Source: Epithemia pelagica (Eukaryota; Protista; Bacillariophyta). From it: a DNA stretch of 64,000 bases. The notes under the pieces were generated by a model. That model was not told the DNA's origin. It searched no databases and saw only the letters and a list, made by a program, of their open reading frames with translations. The translations under genes were made by a program, and so were the position numbers. The stretch's first letter is position 1, and each line of letters begins with the position of its first letter. This document shows, in pieces, positions 31,788 to 43,054 of the stretch. The stretch spans positions 806,001-870,000 of the forward strand of contig OX337229.1 of NCBI GenBank assembly GCA_946965045.2. The letters are read 5' to 3'.

Positions 31788-34263
31788 TTATCTTTTGCAT
31801 ATGCATTTGTATGACACTCTGTTAATTTTCTCCATTGAACCAAAGAAAGCCACCCTATCACCATTGTAACACTCGCCAATACACTTTTCCACTCGTCCCA
31901 CGCTCGTCCTGATTCTCTTGAGCCACTGGTAATCTCTTGGAACGAACCCCTTATTCTTGCCCTTGTACTTCGACACCACCTCCTTCATCTTCTCATAGAC
32001 ATCCTCATTTGAACCATCAAACCCAGTCAGTTCCACACGGTCATCATCCAATGCCACTTGGTGCTCCACAGGTCCAGCTCGTTGCTCTTCTCTTGTCAAG
32101 TTCCTTTGTTTCTTCTTTTGTCGTTGTCTTTCTGCGTCGTCTTCTTCGTCCCTTCCACGTACCTTTTCCGGTGTCACTAAGGCCATTCCATTATTTGTTC
32201 TTGTCTGCTGCTGTAGCTCCACTGCCTCTGCTGCCTCTGCCGCTTCCAGGTCCAAACTCTTTTTGAAGCACTCGGAAAATAGACGAGATGCTTCCAACCT
32301 TGTTTGGTCGTCTGGAAATCGGTGAAATAGATGGCGAAGTTGTTCGAATGGTGTTTCGTCTCCTTTTTTACCAAGGGAAAGTTGGTAAATTTCCGACCAA
32401 TGATAATCGGATTGACAATCTAGCGCGTCCCTTACGTACCAATCAGCCAACTCCGTTATAGATAAGGAGGTCCGAGTGCTGGCATTTTGATTTTTTCTGT
32501 TGAATTTTCCAGACGAATAAAAAACCGATTTCCATGGCGAGACTTTGTATTCCGGCCAACATTGTGGGCGATGGAATCCAGAGTCTTCCCATTGGCTGAG
32601 ACAATTTTGATAATACAGTGAAGCTTGTTGTAGTGTCCCATGCCTCGCTGATTTGTTCAGGGCGTCATCTTCTAGAGGCTGTAGTCCCAATCCTGGTTGG
32701 CCCATGTCTGTGCGACGTCTTCCAGTACTCTCATATCGATACAGAATGCCAAAAATAGCATACATGTATCCAGTTTTGCGAAGAGTATGCGTCCCAACAG
32801 TACATTGGGAAGGGTCAAAATCCGAATTCGATCCAGAAAATTGAAAGACTAAAACTTTCTGTGAAAAAAACAGTACGGTAAGCGATGTCTCACTGGTAAG
32901 TTTATTCGCAGGTGAATAAACTTACCTTAATTTCTTTTAATAACCTGCGATACGGATATTCTTTGGTTGACCAGTTATCCGGTAGGGATTTACCATCGAC
33001 ATGTGCCTGGAGTAATTCGGGTCGGGGGAAAAGATAGGGCCCAGGAAGTTTCGCGGCTGCAACATAGACCAAAAGGGCGCGAACCGGGCAAAACTCTGGG
33101 TTTTCGTCATCCCGATATAAAGACAAGCACTGTTCCACTTTGTCGGCCTTGCCCAATACCCAGAGTACTATTTGGTCCACACGTTTCTCTTTCCGAAGCA
33201 CAACGAAACATTCCTTCCGGAACTGGGATAGACGAAGCGAACAAACTTCTTGTGCCCTTAGGAAAAGGTGAATACCGATCAACATCATGCACCATAATTG
33301 CATATTCATGATGTCGTTCGATCTGGAAAGTAGATGTGCCCTTACCTGACGAAGCTGTTTCGTTGTTATATGTAACGCACCACGGATGTAATGGTTCGCG
33401 CGCAAATGGTTCTGGACCCGGTTAAACATTGAAATGCAGAGTTTGTGGTATGTTGGACAGCCACGTGGACGTAAGCGAGGATACATACACCCCCCACAGT
33501 TGAGGAACTCCCTGTCTTCCGAACAGGCCCAGTTAATTTTACCTTTTGCTTCATTTTTTTTTATGCACTTTTCACACGTGCCGATATAGGCGAGTGACAT
33601 GTCTTCCAAGCAAAAGGAGTTATGTAGTGTACGAATAGCAACGCGACATTTTCGTACATTTGTTGGGTCCGACCAACCGTTTTTCTTGACAATACGCCCG
33701 TTACGCTCCACACTGTCACACGAACCGGTAACAATCTTGCCAGCACGAGTGCCGTGCACGTACACGACACAATTATTATTGAAATCAACGACGTTGGTCA
33801 AACGGTCGAATGATTTATACTGGTAGAATAACGCCAGTGTCACAGGATTCGCAGGTAGGGGATTCTTCGGACGAAGCTTGTCATTGCAGATGGTCGCAGT
33901 TCGCATGTCATTCAACAAATACGCAAATCGACCCAATTCACGCCAATAACGCGGATACTCACGGAGTGATTTATCTTCGCCATTGGACGAACCGCGAAGT
34001 TGGAAGCGGACTGTGTATTGGAAGTCGATCTCTGGAGGAGTCATTGCCTCCTCTGCTATATAGCTTTTAATTAGACTCTCCATTTCGATTTCCTCCTCTT
34101 TCGATAGCTTCGTAGCCACCACTTCGCCTTCCTCGCGAGGACGAAAGTGAGTTTCCACGAGTTCAACTGTTGTTGCTGCGGTTGCTTCGCTAGTCATTGT
34201 CTTTTCTAGTTTTGATAGGATGTAGATAGGATCAAATGACTTTTTATGATTGTTACAACTCAT
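31788..34263 (-). CDS. Crypton-type tyrosine recombinase (~800 aa); exons 34263-32926 and 32858-31788
   Basis: HLFLRAQE (R), GKADK (K), CPVRALL, GTHTLRKTG (HxxR), SARH (H), ASLYYQ (Y); 67-nt GTAAG..TTTCACAG phase-0 intron joins KEIK|KVLVF in frame. Confidence 0.88.
32895..32926. other. Perfect 13-bp inverted repeat with 6-nt spacer over the YR splice donor
   Basis: GGTAAGTTTATTC-GCAGGT-GAATAAACTTACC. Confidence 0.97.
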
Positions 34264-36178
34264 TAGAAGTGTTTGATTGTTGAAAAGGAGATCTTTTTGC
34301 CATGGATGTGTCAGAGGTCGTCTACAAGACGATCATTGGGAAGTTCGGAATTGGTGGGGCTATAAATTCATGCCAAGGATGGCACGGTATCCGCGATTCA
34401 ACGGAGATTAAATCGTGTTGGGTCACTGGTTGGTTCACTGTTGGGTCAGTGTTGGGTTATAGGTATTTTTATAGCGTCAACTGTAGTGTCTTACGCGATA
34501 TTTTACTATATATACTAAGAGAACAAAGAGGACAATCAGGAGTCACCAACTACGTAGCCAGTTCCCCACGGGTCAAGGAAAAGGCCAACAACTACTATGA
34601 GAGTAGGTAGGACACAAAGAGATGTGATGAATGGTGAGATTTTAGATTGTGAGCTTTATTCTAGATTTGTATTTTGTATGTCTTTCCCCATGGCTGTCTT
34701 TGCTGCCACATTAGGTTATTATCCCCAGTACTGGGTACAGAGATCCTACGTGCATTTCTTCCCAAATGTACTAAGGCTACGAGGATCTACTGGGTCATAT
34801 CTCTAATGTCCCGTGGCTACGTATCCTGTACGTATCCTTGGATGATTGTCCATTTCCCAATGACCACAGGTTCTCACATGTATCTTTGATTCTCACATGT
34901 AAGCCAATGTTGGTAGTCCCGTCATGGTCAATGGCGCCAATCTCGTCTTCTATAGCATACCTAGAGAACTAGTTATGATAGTTCGAGTCTTGACTACGGT
35001 GTGTTAAGTGAATCAACCACAACGAGTACGAGAAACGAGTATCCTCTATCCTCTATCCTCCTCGTTGTTCGGATTTCGGATCTTGTTCTCTTATTTAGAA
35101 TTTAGATCTTAGGAGTTAGGACTTAGGAGTGTTCTTATTATTTTTCTTATCCGGAGAAGCGAGAATGGCCAATGGGCCATGGGGCATGGGGCTGCAATGG
35201 CCACGTAACCTTACTCAGTTCATGGGTGACAAAAAATAATGACAAAACACTGAGGTCATCACAATCTGAAGCCCGCAATATCTCAAGCTGGGCCTATCCA
35301 TGGGAGACTTCCTCCTCTTCCTCACAAAGTCACAAATTGAGTCTCTGTCCTAGAAATATCTTCAAAGCAATATACTCCTAGTCGTCTGCTCCGATAGTTG
35401 CCAACCCAGTTAACCAATGTGGAGATGGTCTAAAAGTCCAGAAACAGTCAAGCTGACAATTACAAGTGACCTTGACAGACACCACTGGGTAGTGCCCATC
35501 TCATCTGGCCTTATAACAGTCACAACTCTGATTGAAATAAAGGTTTTTGACTCCACACTGTGTTCATTCAAGAATCTAGTAATTGCACGTTCCACCCATA
35601 CACAAACTTGAATACCCAACTTAGTAGCATTTGCCCGCTAGCTCTCTGATTGAAACCTTCATCCCACTACTTCGTATGAGGCCAATGTCAATCTTCGACA
35701 ATTCCTTGCCTCTCAAAGCTGCAGTACATCCCACAACTCACAACTATCAACGCCCCAGTCAGTGCCACTTCCAGCTTTTGTTGGCTGTTCAACCTGGTCT
35801 GCCATTTTCCTTCCATGAGTCTTGAGGCTCTATTGTGTCGACTTTTGGCAAGACTGTTGTTGCTACTTGCTACACACTACGGAAATTTTGACTATGGGAG
35901 AAGTAGCTACTCCTAGTTACGGAGTTGGGATTTGGGGGGATGGGTTTGTGAAATGGGGAGGGTAAAATGGGGTTCGAACGGGCCCTTTTGAAACGACACG
36001 CACGCACTGGAACTCACCCCCCCCCCTGGGCTGGGGGTAGCCTGGCCTTCTGACTTCTGAGTCACTTGGGGCGGGACTGACGCGTCCAACGTCCAACGCG
36101 TTTGTCGGTGGCAGAGAGCAACACCAACCGGTAGTAGCATTTGACACAAGAGGTTATGCAATTGTGAGAGGGAGAACA

Positions 36179-36732
36179 ATGGGAAATGCATCATCGTCGT
36201 CCACTATCCCAGCCATGAAGGAACAGACGCCGTCGGTGCCGGCAGGTCATTCATCTGCGAGTGAGAAAGATACGAAAATGTCTGGCAACCCTCCTCTTGC
36301 CACACCGATGAGCGCAGAACCCCCAAGAGCTTACAAACCTGAGACATTCGAACAGAAACTCTGGAGAAAGGTACGTCGAAGAGACGTTTTCATGTCAAAC
36401 TCGTATGCTTGAAACTGAAGCGTATTGTCGTTCTGCATGTTCTCTGATGTGTGATTTGTTTGTCTTGATACCATGTCCTGCAACAGTTTACCGAACATCC
36501 TTTGATTCCGTTTGGTTGTGCCGCCACAACGTACTTTTTAGCATCTGGTATAAGATCATTTAATGGAGGTGATCAGAACAGATCGCAACGTATGATGAGG
36601 GGCCGAGTGAGTGCGCAGTTGTTCACTATATTGGCATTTGTTGGGTACATGGGCATGGATTACTTCGACTTTCGGGCAGCACCATTTACTCAAGATGCCA
36701 TGAAGAATAATGAGGCCAATTCGGAAACGTAG
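36179..36732 (+). CDS. HIG1-domain (Rcf1/HIGD2-like) mitochondrial protein; intron 36371-36486
   Basis: ETFEQKLWRK|FTEHPLIPFG...SQRMMRGRVSAQLFTI. Confidence 0.9.
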
Positions 36733-37189
36733 AAGAAGTTAGATCCAGTCAACCCTTCCACTGTGGCGATTGCCGCACCGAATAGCCCGAAAAGCAGCAC
36801 ATAATTTCTTCCATTTCATGCTGTGAAGAAAAGAAGACACTCAGGATAAATATGACCTTCTTTTGCTCTCAAGCAAGAAACACAATTGGCTGATTGCCCC
36901 TTGCAACATCGGTTCCTTCAATGTGCCTAGTGACTAGTGACGAGGGATTCTTCGTTTCGCGTAGTGTGAGCTACATGGCTCAGATGAACGCAACTAGAAT
37001 TTATGGAACAATTCATTTCGAAGACGAAGCTGAGTCATGAGTTGGATCAGTAACCGAATAATAGAGAGGTCACGGAATTGTCTTTGTAGGCAACGAATGA
37101 AGCATACGTCCTTCTGAAAACAGTGACTTTGTCCAGAGAAGGAAATATGTCAACTGTGAATGTATTGTAAATCTTGCGAAAATGATGGG

Positions 37190-37275
37190 GCTTGCTTGGT
37201 CGAGTGGTCTATGACGGTGGACTTAAGATCTACTCCACCTAAACGTGGGCGAGGGTTCGAACCCCTCAGCAAGCA
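37190..37275 (+). tRNA. tRNA-Leu(UAA)
   Basis: Acceptor GCTTGCT/AGCAAGC + A; D arm GTC..GAC; anticodon arm GTGGA-CTTAAGA-TCTAC; long variable arm CCAC..GTGG; T arm GAGGG-TTCGAAC-CCCTC; followed by TTTT. Confidence 0.93.
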
Positions 37276-37325
37276 ATTTTGCTCCGACTCTTTGTTGACT
37301 TTTGACTGAACCACTTTCTTTGTCA

Positions 37326-39893
37326 ATGAGATTGATGGGCATCCCTTTCGGCAAAACGAGATTAAACCATTCCACCTTGCTTATAATTTTGTTGGTTGCG
37401 GGTACAGGTCTGTGCTGTTTCAATTTCTACAGTAGTTTATTTCTCCCGCCTCCCGTTCCTGCAGCCCAAAATGGCCTACTATTGCAAATCAAGAAAGCTC
37501 GAACGAAACCAGCAGGTGCACCATGGCCGTCAGATGGAAGCCATACCGTACAAATGCAAATGCGCTCAACCCAGCTGACAAACAAGGCATGCAATGGATA
37601 TCAGGGAATATATCATATTGCCATGACTGATATTCTTGGAGGGGTCGGGACCTCGTTGATTCAGCTCGTTCTGGGACAACTCATGTACGCTGAAGCCAAT
37701 AACCTGAAGCCTTGGGTCTACTTAAACAATCAGAGCCAAGTATTCTACGACCCAGTCCTCCATGGGGCACGTGGAACGGGAGCTTATGTCACGGCCATGG
37801 TAGGACGCAACGCTACCTATGTTTCGCCTTCACGCGAGTCCTACCGTATTCGGAGAGACTTTGTCCCAGGTCCTCCTAATTCTTATCTACCAGTAACCAA
37901 ACAAACAATGTTTTTTGAGGGCACAGGTGTTTGGGAACATTACTTTGAGCCTGTTTCGGACTTTGTACCCGGAGATCTATCATGCGAATCCAAGCTCTAT
38001 GTTACCATGGATTTGTATCTAATCACACCTGGCATTCACGGATTCTCCAGGCAGTACGCAACAAGATCGTGGCGGTATGATTATTTGCCAGACTATATAA
38101 CACAACCCCATGTCCCCTTGAACGAATGGTTACTTCCCCAACGACAACGCGCGCACAAGGTTATATCGAAGTATATTCGATTCAAGACCTATCTCCACGA
38201 CTTGGCCGCTCGTTTGAATCCGAATTGCAGTTTGCCTTCGAATCCATGTTTGGGACTGCACATTCGACATTCCGACAAAGCAGCGGGTCGTCGTCAAATT
38301 GATGTACAGGAGTTTCTGCCATATGCCCTGGCCTTTGTTCAACAGGGAGGTAAGCACATTTACCTTGCCACCGATAGCAATCTCGTATTCTCCGAGATTT
38401 CGGAGACATGGCCCTTGGAGGTACGATCACGAATCCGACCACGACGGGACCAAGTCATTCGTTCCAACAACAATAGTGCGGTGTTTGATATTGCGTCCCA
38501 TGATCGCACAAATCGGGAAGCATTGGTGGAAATCTTGGCACTCAGCCAGTGTCAATTCCTCATTCATGGACTTAGTGCACTGTCCGAGTCCAGCATCTGG
38601 ATCAACTTAGATTTGCACTATAGATCAGTGAATTTGGAAGACGTGGATCACCTGGATGAGTTGGCCTTTGCTAAGCTGGTGGGGATGGCGATGGAAAGTC
38701 CATCTGAGCTCGACACACTTCCTCGTCCTCCTCAAACAGACAACTGGTGGAATAAGCTCATTCCGGGGCCAGACCAAAGTAGAGCTACATACAAGGACAA
38801 CATCGAACGGTGTGATGGGTACACTGGAATCCTTCATATTTCCAATGTTGCGAAAGATGCGGGTATCGGGCTGGCTTTCTTTGGATCCATACTGAATCAG
38901 TTTCTTCTTGCCAGTCAGTTGAATCTTTTGCCATGGGTTCGCCTGTCATGCAGCTCATCCTGGGTCTTGGAAGATCCTTCATCACAATTAGAACAAAACA
39001 CCACGTTCCATGCTTCTGGATACAGTGAGCTACGGTTCTTCAATGGCAAGTGGGAGCTTCCAACCGACAATGTCGGTACGTCGCGAAAATCATTTCAGAT
39101 TCGAGGATGCAATACATGGGACTTGTACTATGAATCGCACCCCATTGGCAACGATGTATCTTGTGCAAGTAAGCCTGTCTTTTTCCTGAATCAAGAGCAA
39201 ATTTCTAAAGAACTTGGTACGCAAACACCAGGAATGGTTCATGCGTGGCGTCGAGATGATCTGACCAAAGCTGCGTGGAACCCTGACCTGTCCAGCGTGG
39301 AATCAAAAGCTGCCATGTGGTCCATGAGGCAAAAAGGCCACGAAGTCATGACCAAGTATTATCATGTTCGAAGTCCTATTCGACAACGAGCTGAACTGGT
39401 CAATCCCGTTAAATTGGGAGAGGTTTGTATGGCTGTGCATATTCGAGCGACAGATAAAATGGGGCGACATCGCAAAAAGGTTACTGCTGAAAAGTACGTT
39501 CCGTACATTGAGTCATATCTAAAGGCTGGTGGCAAATGGATCTACGTTGCGACGGATTCATCAAGAGCCTTACGGTTTCTTTCGAACTCACTCCCTGAGA
39601 CATTAAAACGTTTCACTCGAAGCCAGGGAAAGTATGTTGTTCGATCAAATTCGAGGAACATTCCTCCCTTTGCGTTGGATAGCCATCATCGTGTGAACAG
39701 TGAGACTCTGGTTGACATTTACGCTATGTCCAAGTGTCAGATTCTCTTGCATAGTTTCAGTACGGTTGCAGAAGTGGTGATTTATCTGAATCCGACTCTC
39801 CATAACCGTAGTGTAAATTTAGAGGATTCTCACCGAATGGATGCGACGAGGTTTGAGCAGTTCGCGGCCTCCGTTGTAAATCAAAACAAATAA
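37326..39893 (+). CDS. Type II membrane glycosyltransferase with two GT23/NodZ-like fucosyltransferase domains
   Basis: N-terminal TM helix; GLHIRHSDK/IYLATDS/EILALSQC and AVHIRATDK/IYVATDS/DIYAMSKC. Confidence 0.78.
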   Translation: MRLMGIPFGKTRLNHSTLLIILLVAGTGLCCFNFYSSLFLPPPVPAAQNGLLLQIKKARTKPAGAPWPSDGSHTVQMQMRSTQLTNKACNGYQGIYHIAMTDILGGVGTSLIQLVLGQLMYAEANNLKPWVYLNNQSQVFYDPVLHGARGTGAYVTAMVGRNATYVSPSRESYRIRRDFVPGPPNSYLPVTKQTMFFEGTGVWEHYFEPVSDFVPGDLSCESKLYVTMDLYLITPGIHGFSRQYATRSWRYDYLPDYITQPHVPLNEWLLPQRQRAHKVISKYIRFKTYLHDLAARLNPNCSLPSNPCLGLHIRHSDKAAGRRQIDVQEFLPYALAFVQQGGKHIYLATDSNLVFSEISETWPLEVRSRIRPRRDQVIRSNNNSAVFDIASHDRTNREALVEILALSQCQFLIHGLSALSESSIWINLDLHYRSVNLEDVDHLDELAFAKLVGMAMESPSELDTLPRPPQTDNWWNKLIPGPDQSRATYKDNIERCDGYTGILHISNVAKDAGIGLAFFGSILNQFLLASQLNLLPWVRLSCSSSWVLEDPSSQLEQNTTFHASGYSELRFFNGKWELPTDNVGTSRKSFQIRGCNTWDLYYESHPIGNDVSCASKPVFFLNQEQISKELGTQTPGMVHAWRRDDLTKAAWNPDLSSVESKAAMWSMRQKGHEVMTKYYHVRSPIRQRAELVNPVKLGEVCMAVHIRATDKMGRHRKKVTAEKYVPYIESYLKAGGKWIYVATDSSRALRFLSNSLPETLKRFTRSQGKYVVRSNSRNIPPFALDSHHRVNSETLVDIYAMSKCQILLHSFSTVAEVVIYLNPTLHNRSVNLEDSHRMDATRFEQFAASVVNQNK

Positions 39894-40118
39894 CAGGTTT
39901 TTGTCTAACATCTTGTTCAATAAATCAACAAAAAATGATACAATCTGCTAGGAGTAGGAATTTTCTATGAATTATGATGGGAGGGATAGACCTGATAGAC
40001 CATACACAACGAAACCCAAAATGTGAATCGCGGCAAAAGGGGGCAAAGGTCTTTGGGGGCAGTGATTCACACCAATAGAGCCTGTGAAAATCCTCAGAAC
40101 CAAGCCCTTTCCGAGACC

Positions 40119-40875
40119 ATGGCGTTGATGAGAAGACATATATTCCAAGGATCCTTTGCTCTGGCTTGTCTGATTTGTCAATCATGGGGATCGGTGGTGG
40201 TAGACATACCAGCGGGGTCGCGCGAATGCTTCTACACACGAATACCGAAGGGGCAAAAATCGTTTATGAGGTGAGATTTCGATTGCCTTTGTGTTCGTGA
40301 CGACGATCCAAGCTTGACCTGACTGGCATTTCGTACGTTTTGACCCAAGTGGAAATTTTGATCTTTTGGATGACGAGGCTAGTAATGATATAATATCGGT
40401 ATGGTTGGAGAAACAAAAATCGGATAGTCGGGATGTCACGACTGTATGGAAATCACATTACGACGAAGATGAAGATTCTTTTTCACTTTCCGTTGATCCC
40501 GATGGCAAGTTCGCTCTTTGTTTCCAAATATATGATAGTGCAGATGATGACTCGGAGGAAACCTCATATCGAGTTGGTTTCAATTTGCGGGTCACCCCTG
40601 CGCCACGAACATTGGAAGAGGAGGTACAGGGCCCCGATGCAGAACGGGCCTTGGCACTAGTCCAAGGAGCTGTATTTTTGGAGAATGACTGGAAAAACTT
40701 CATGGATCATTTTGATTACTTGCGGAGCCGAGAAGCTTCGCATACTTCCCTCATGCACCAAATTCGCGATCGAGTCCTAGGGTGGACTGTGGTGGAGGCC
40801 ATTCTCGTCATCACCATGGCTGTCGTACAGATCCTCTACTGGAGGAGGTTCTTTGAAACAAGAAGATACCTATAG
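40119..40875 (+). CDS. p24/emp24/gp25L (GOLD-domain) cargo receptor; intron 40271-40349
   Basis: Signal peptide, VDIPAGSRECFY, YLRSREASH, C-terminal TM plus RRFFETRRYL. Confidence 0.88.
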
Positions 40876-41014
40876 CAGTCATGTACTTGTAGCAGTCTCA
40901 CCTTGGTAGATATGCTAAGACGATTCTTCGTTTGGAATTGCATTAGTAGCAGTAGCATCTTGGTAGACTTGTAGTTGTATAAGTGAAGAGATTCTAACTG
41001 TATCAGGGATCAGT

Positions 41015-43054
41015 TTAAATGGGATGGGGAAGACCATCCTCGAACTTGTGTGCACGAACAAAACTTTCCAAGATGCTTCGACTTTCCACAATGGAACCGA
41101 GTTTGATACAGAGCATATAAGCACCTGCCAACTTCCGGTGAAGTGTGTAAACTTCTTCGGGTGGCGGTGTTAGTCGATGTCGCAAAAAGACAGCCGTATG
41201 CTTGCCCATGCGTGAGCTAATGTTGGATCCACGAAAGTCAAACGGTACGCCGTTTGAATCCCAAAAGGGTTCTCCCACCGTGAAAGCGCTCATCTTGTGC
41301 GCTTCCAACATTTCATCATTCTCATCTCCCGTCAAGAAATTCATCCGCCGCGACTGGGCCATCAATGTATCCACGTCGCGATTCGCCGAAGCCCAGACAA
41401 TTCGAATGTATCCGTCCACAAAGCTTTTGGAGTATTCTCGTGCTGCACCAAAATCTACTAACCCCGTTGTCCGGCTTCCAACGTCATACAGAAAATTGCC
41501 CCAATTCGGATCTGTTTGCATGAATCTCCATTCGAACAACTCTTTCATTGTCAAATAGAGAATAGATCGTCCAACGCGATTTCTTTCGTCTTGATCCATA
41601 TTGGATACCTTATCAATGGTACCTCCAGTAATATACTCAGAGGTAAGAATTTCACTGGTGGAATGGCTTATAATCACATTCGGTACGACAAACCGGTTCG
41701 ACATCAGTTCTGGGTCCTGTTCCACGAGCTGTTTTATTCTCATTTGGTTTTCCAGCTCTCTTATGTAATCACATTCGACTTTGAGCTCGTCCTGCCCCAC
41801 TCGAATAACATTCTCAATAAAGAGACCTTTTGGCGACAAGCCAGTCATGGTCACAAGCATGGAGAGGTTTCTCAGATCCGATTCAATGGACTGTGCCACT
41901 CCCGGGTATTGCACTTTTACAACGACATCAATAGGATTTGTCCCGGTGACCGGATCCAGGATTGTCGCACGATGTACTTGTCCAATAGAAGCAGCAGCAA
42001 ATGGTGCTTCATCAAAGGTCTCAAAGCGCTGTCTCCAATCTGGACCAAATTGTGTTTCCATTTGCTTCAGAAGTTGTCGTTTGGGCATGGCTTCTGCTCC
42101 CTGCCGCACTTGGTGAAGTGCTTTAGACAAGGCTGGGGGCAAAAGAGACTCATCTTGAATACTTAGCATTTGTCCCATTTTCAGAGCAGCCCCACGCATT
42201 CGACAAAGAGATGAGGCCAATCGATCCGAGTTGGACTCATTCACCATCAAACTTCCCGATCGATTCGAATTGGAACCGTCAAAGACGCGAGCTACACCCT
42301 CCATAGCAGCTCCCATCGCAAGGCCAAGTCCTAATTGAGCAAACCCAAAGGCTCTTCCTATTCTGGTTGACGGAACGGCTCGTCCTTCTTTCAAGCGTCC
42401 TTCGTCTGAATGATTGTCATCGGTAGCAGCCAGAATTTGATTTTCTTGTGAAACCGATGCGTTTGCAGCATCCACTGAAATCTCCTTCGAGTGTTGGGCA
42501 TTCGTTGAGGCGTTTTCATCTGAATTTGTTTCCGGCAAGTCGGAAGGTAACGGAGGACTCGTCGTTGCCGATCCATGATAGAGAGGCGCATGATTTGGAT
42601 GACTCACTGTTGTTGTGTCATTGGGTACTTGTGCTTCCGTGCTAACCTCAACTCTCAAACCATTCGTTGTCAAAGACGGGGCTCCGTGTGGTCGTGATTC
42701 AACCTCCATTTTCTGGAACCCGCCACTGGGATCTGTTGCTTGATTCAAGCTAGTTTTGTCAGGAACCATTGCTGTCTTGGTCGGTTGTATCGAGGGTGTT
42801 GCCTCGTTTGTCGATGGCCGGTTGTACGCATCAGTCACGTGACTCTGCTTGTGCAAGACCTGTGGTGCTGGTGGCACGGATGATGCTTCGTCCTGCTGCC
42901 TCAGGACACGTTGACTGTTGCTGACCATTTCCCCAATGTGTTGACCAGTACGGACCACCAAACGACCCGCCTTAGAGGATGCCGATTGCGTTGCGGATTG
43001 GGCAACCATTTGTAGGCCCAGAGCTACTCGGTACCATGATGAAGACGACGACAT
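41015..43054 (-). CDS. COQ8: ABC1/COQ8 (ADCK3/4) atypical kinase
   Basis: LCRMRGAALKMGQMLSIQD, AAASIGQVH, VKVQYPGVA, MQTDPNWGNF, VDFGA, PPPEEVYTLHRKLAG. Confidence 0.92.
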   Translation of the reverse strand: MSSSSSWYRVALGLQMVAQSATQSASSKAGRLVVRTGQHIGEMVSNSQRVLRQQDEASSVPPAPQVLHKQSHVTDAYNRPSTNEATPSIQPTKTAMVPDKTSLNQATDPSGGFQKMEVESRPHGAPSLTTNGLRVEVSTEAQVPNDTTTVSHPNHAPLYHGSATTSPPLPSDLPETNSDENASTNAQHSKEISVDAANASVSQENQILAATDDNHSDEGRLKEGRAVPSTRIGRAFGFAQLGLGLAMGAAMEGVARVFDGSNSNRSGSLMVNESNSDRLASSLCRMRGAALKMGQMLSIQDESLLPPALSKALHQVRQGAEAMPKRQLLKQMETQFGPDWRQRFETFDEAPFAAASIGQVHRATILDPVTGTNPIDVVVKVQYPGVAQSIESDLRNLSMLVTMTGLSPKGLFIENVIRVGQDELKVECDYIRELENQMRIKQLVEQDPELMSNRFVVPNVIISHSTSEILTSEYITGGTIDKVSNMDQDERNRVGRSILYLTMKELFEWRFMQTDPNWGNFLYDVGSRTTGLVDFGAAREYSKSFVDGYIRIVWASANRDVDTLMAQSRRMNFLTGDENDEMLEAHKMSAFTVGEPFWDSNGVPFDFRGSNISSRMGKHTAVFLRHRLTPPPEEVYTLHRKLAGAYMLCIKLGSIVESRSILESFVRAHKFEDGLPHPI

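Larger units (their letters stand above)
29954..36122. mobile_element. Candidate Crypton-like (YR) DNA transposon with accessory ORFs; boundaries tentative
   Basis: Intron-containing YR with no RT; flanking orphan ORFs; 11-bp direct repeat CAGAGAGCAAC at 29954-29964 and 36112-36122; no TIRs found. Confidence 0.5.

Noticed and set aside
32893-32925. 33-nt mini-intron using the CAG right after the hairpin
   Set aside because: Too short, and splicing would put TGA in frame; the 67-nt intron gives the correct HTLR continuation.
35130-35805. Claim that all stops in the relic ORF prove C-to-T hypermutation
   Set aside because: Every stop codon begins with T, so this is trivially true; only the CpG depletion is informative.
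35971-35982. GTTCGAAC as a tRNA T-loop (similar words at ~24441, ~29468, ~61755)
   Set aside because: No flanking T-stem or cloverleaf, unlike the true tRNA-Leu at 37190.
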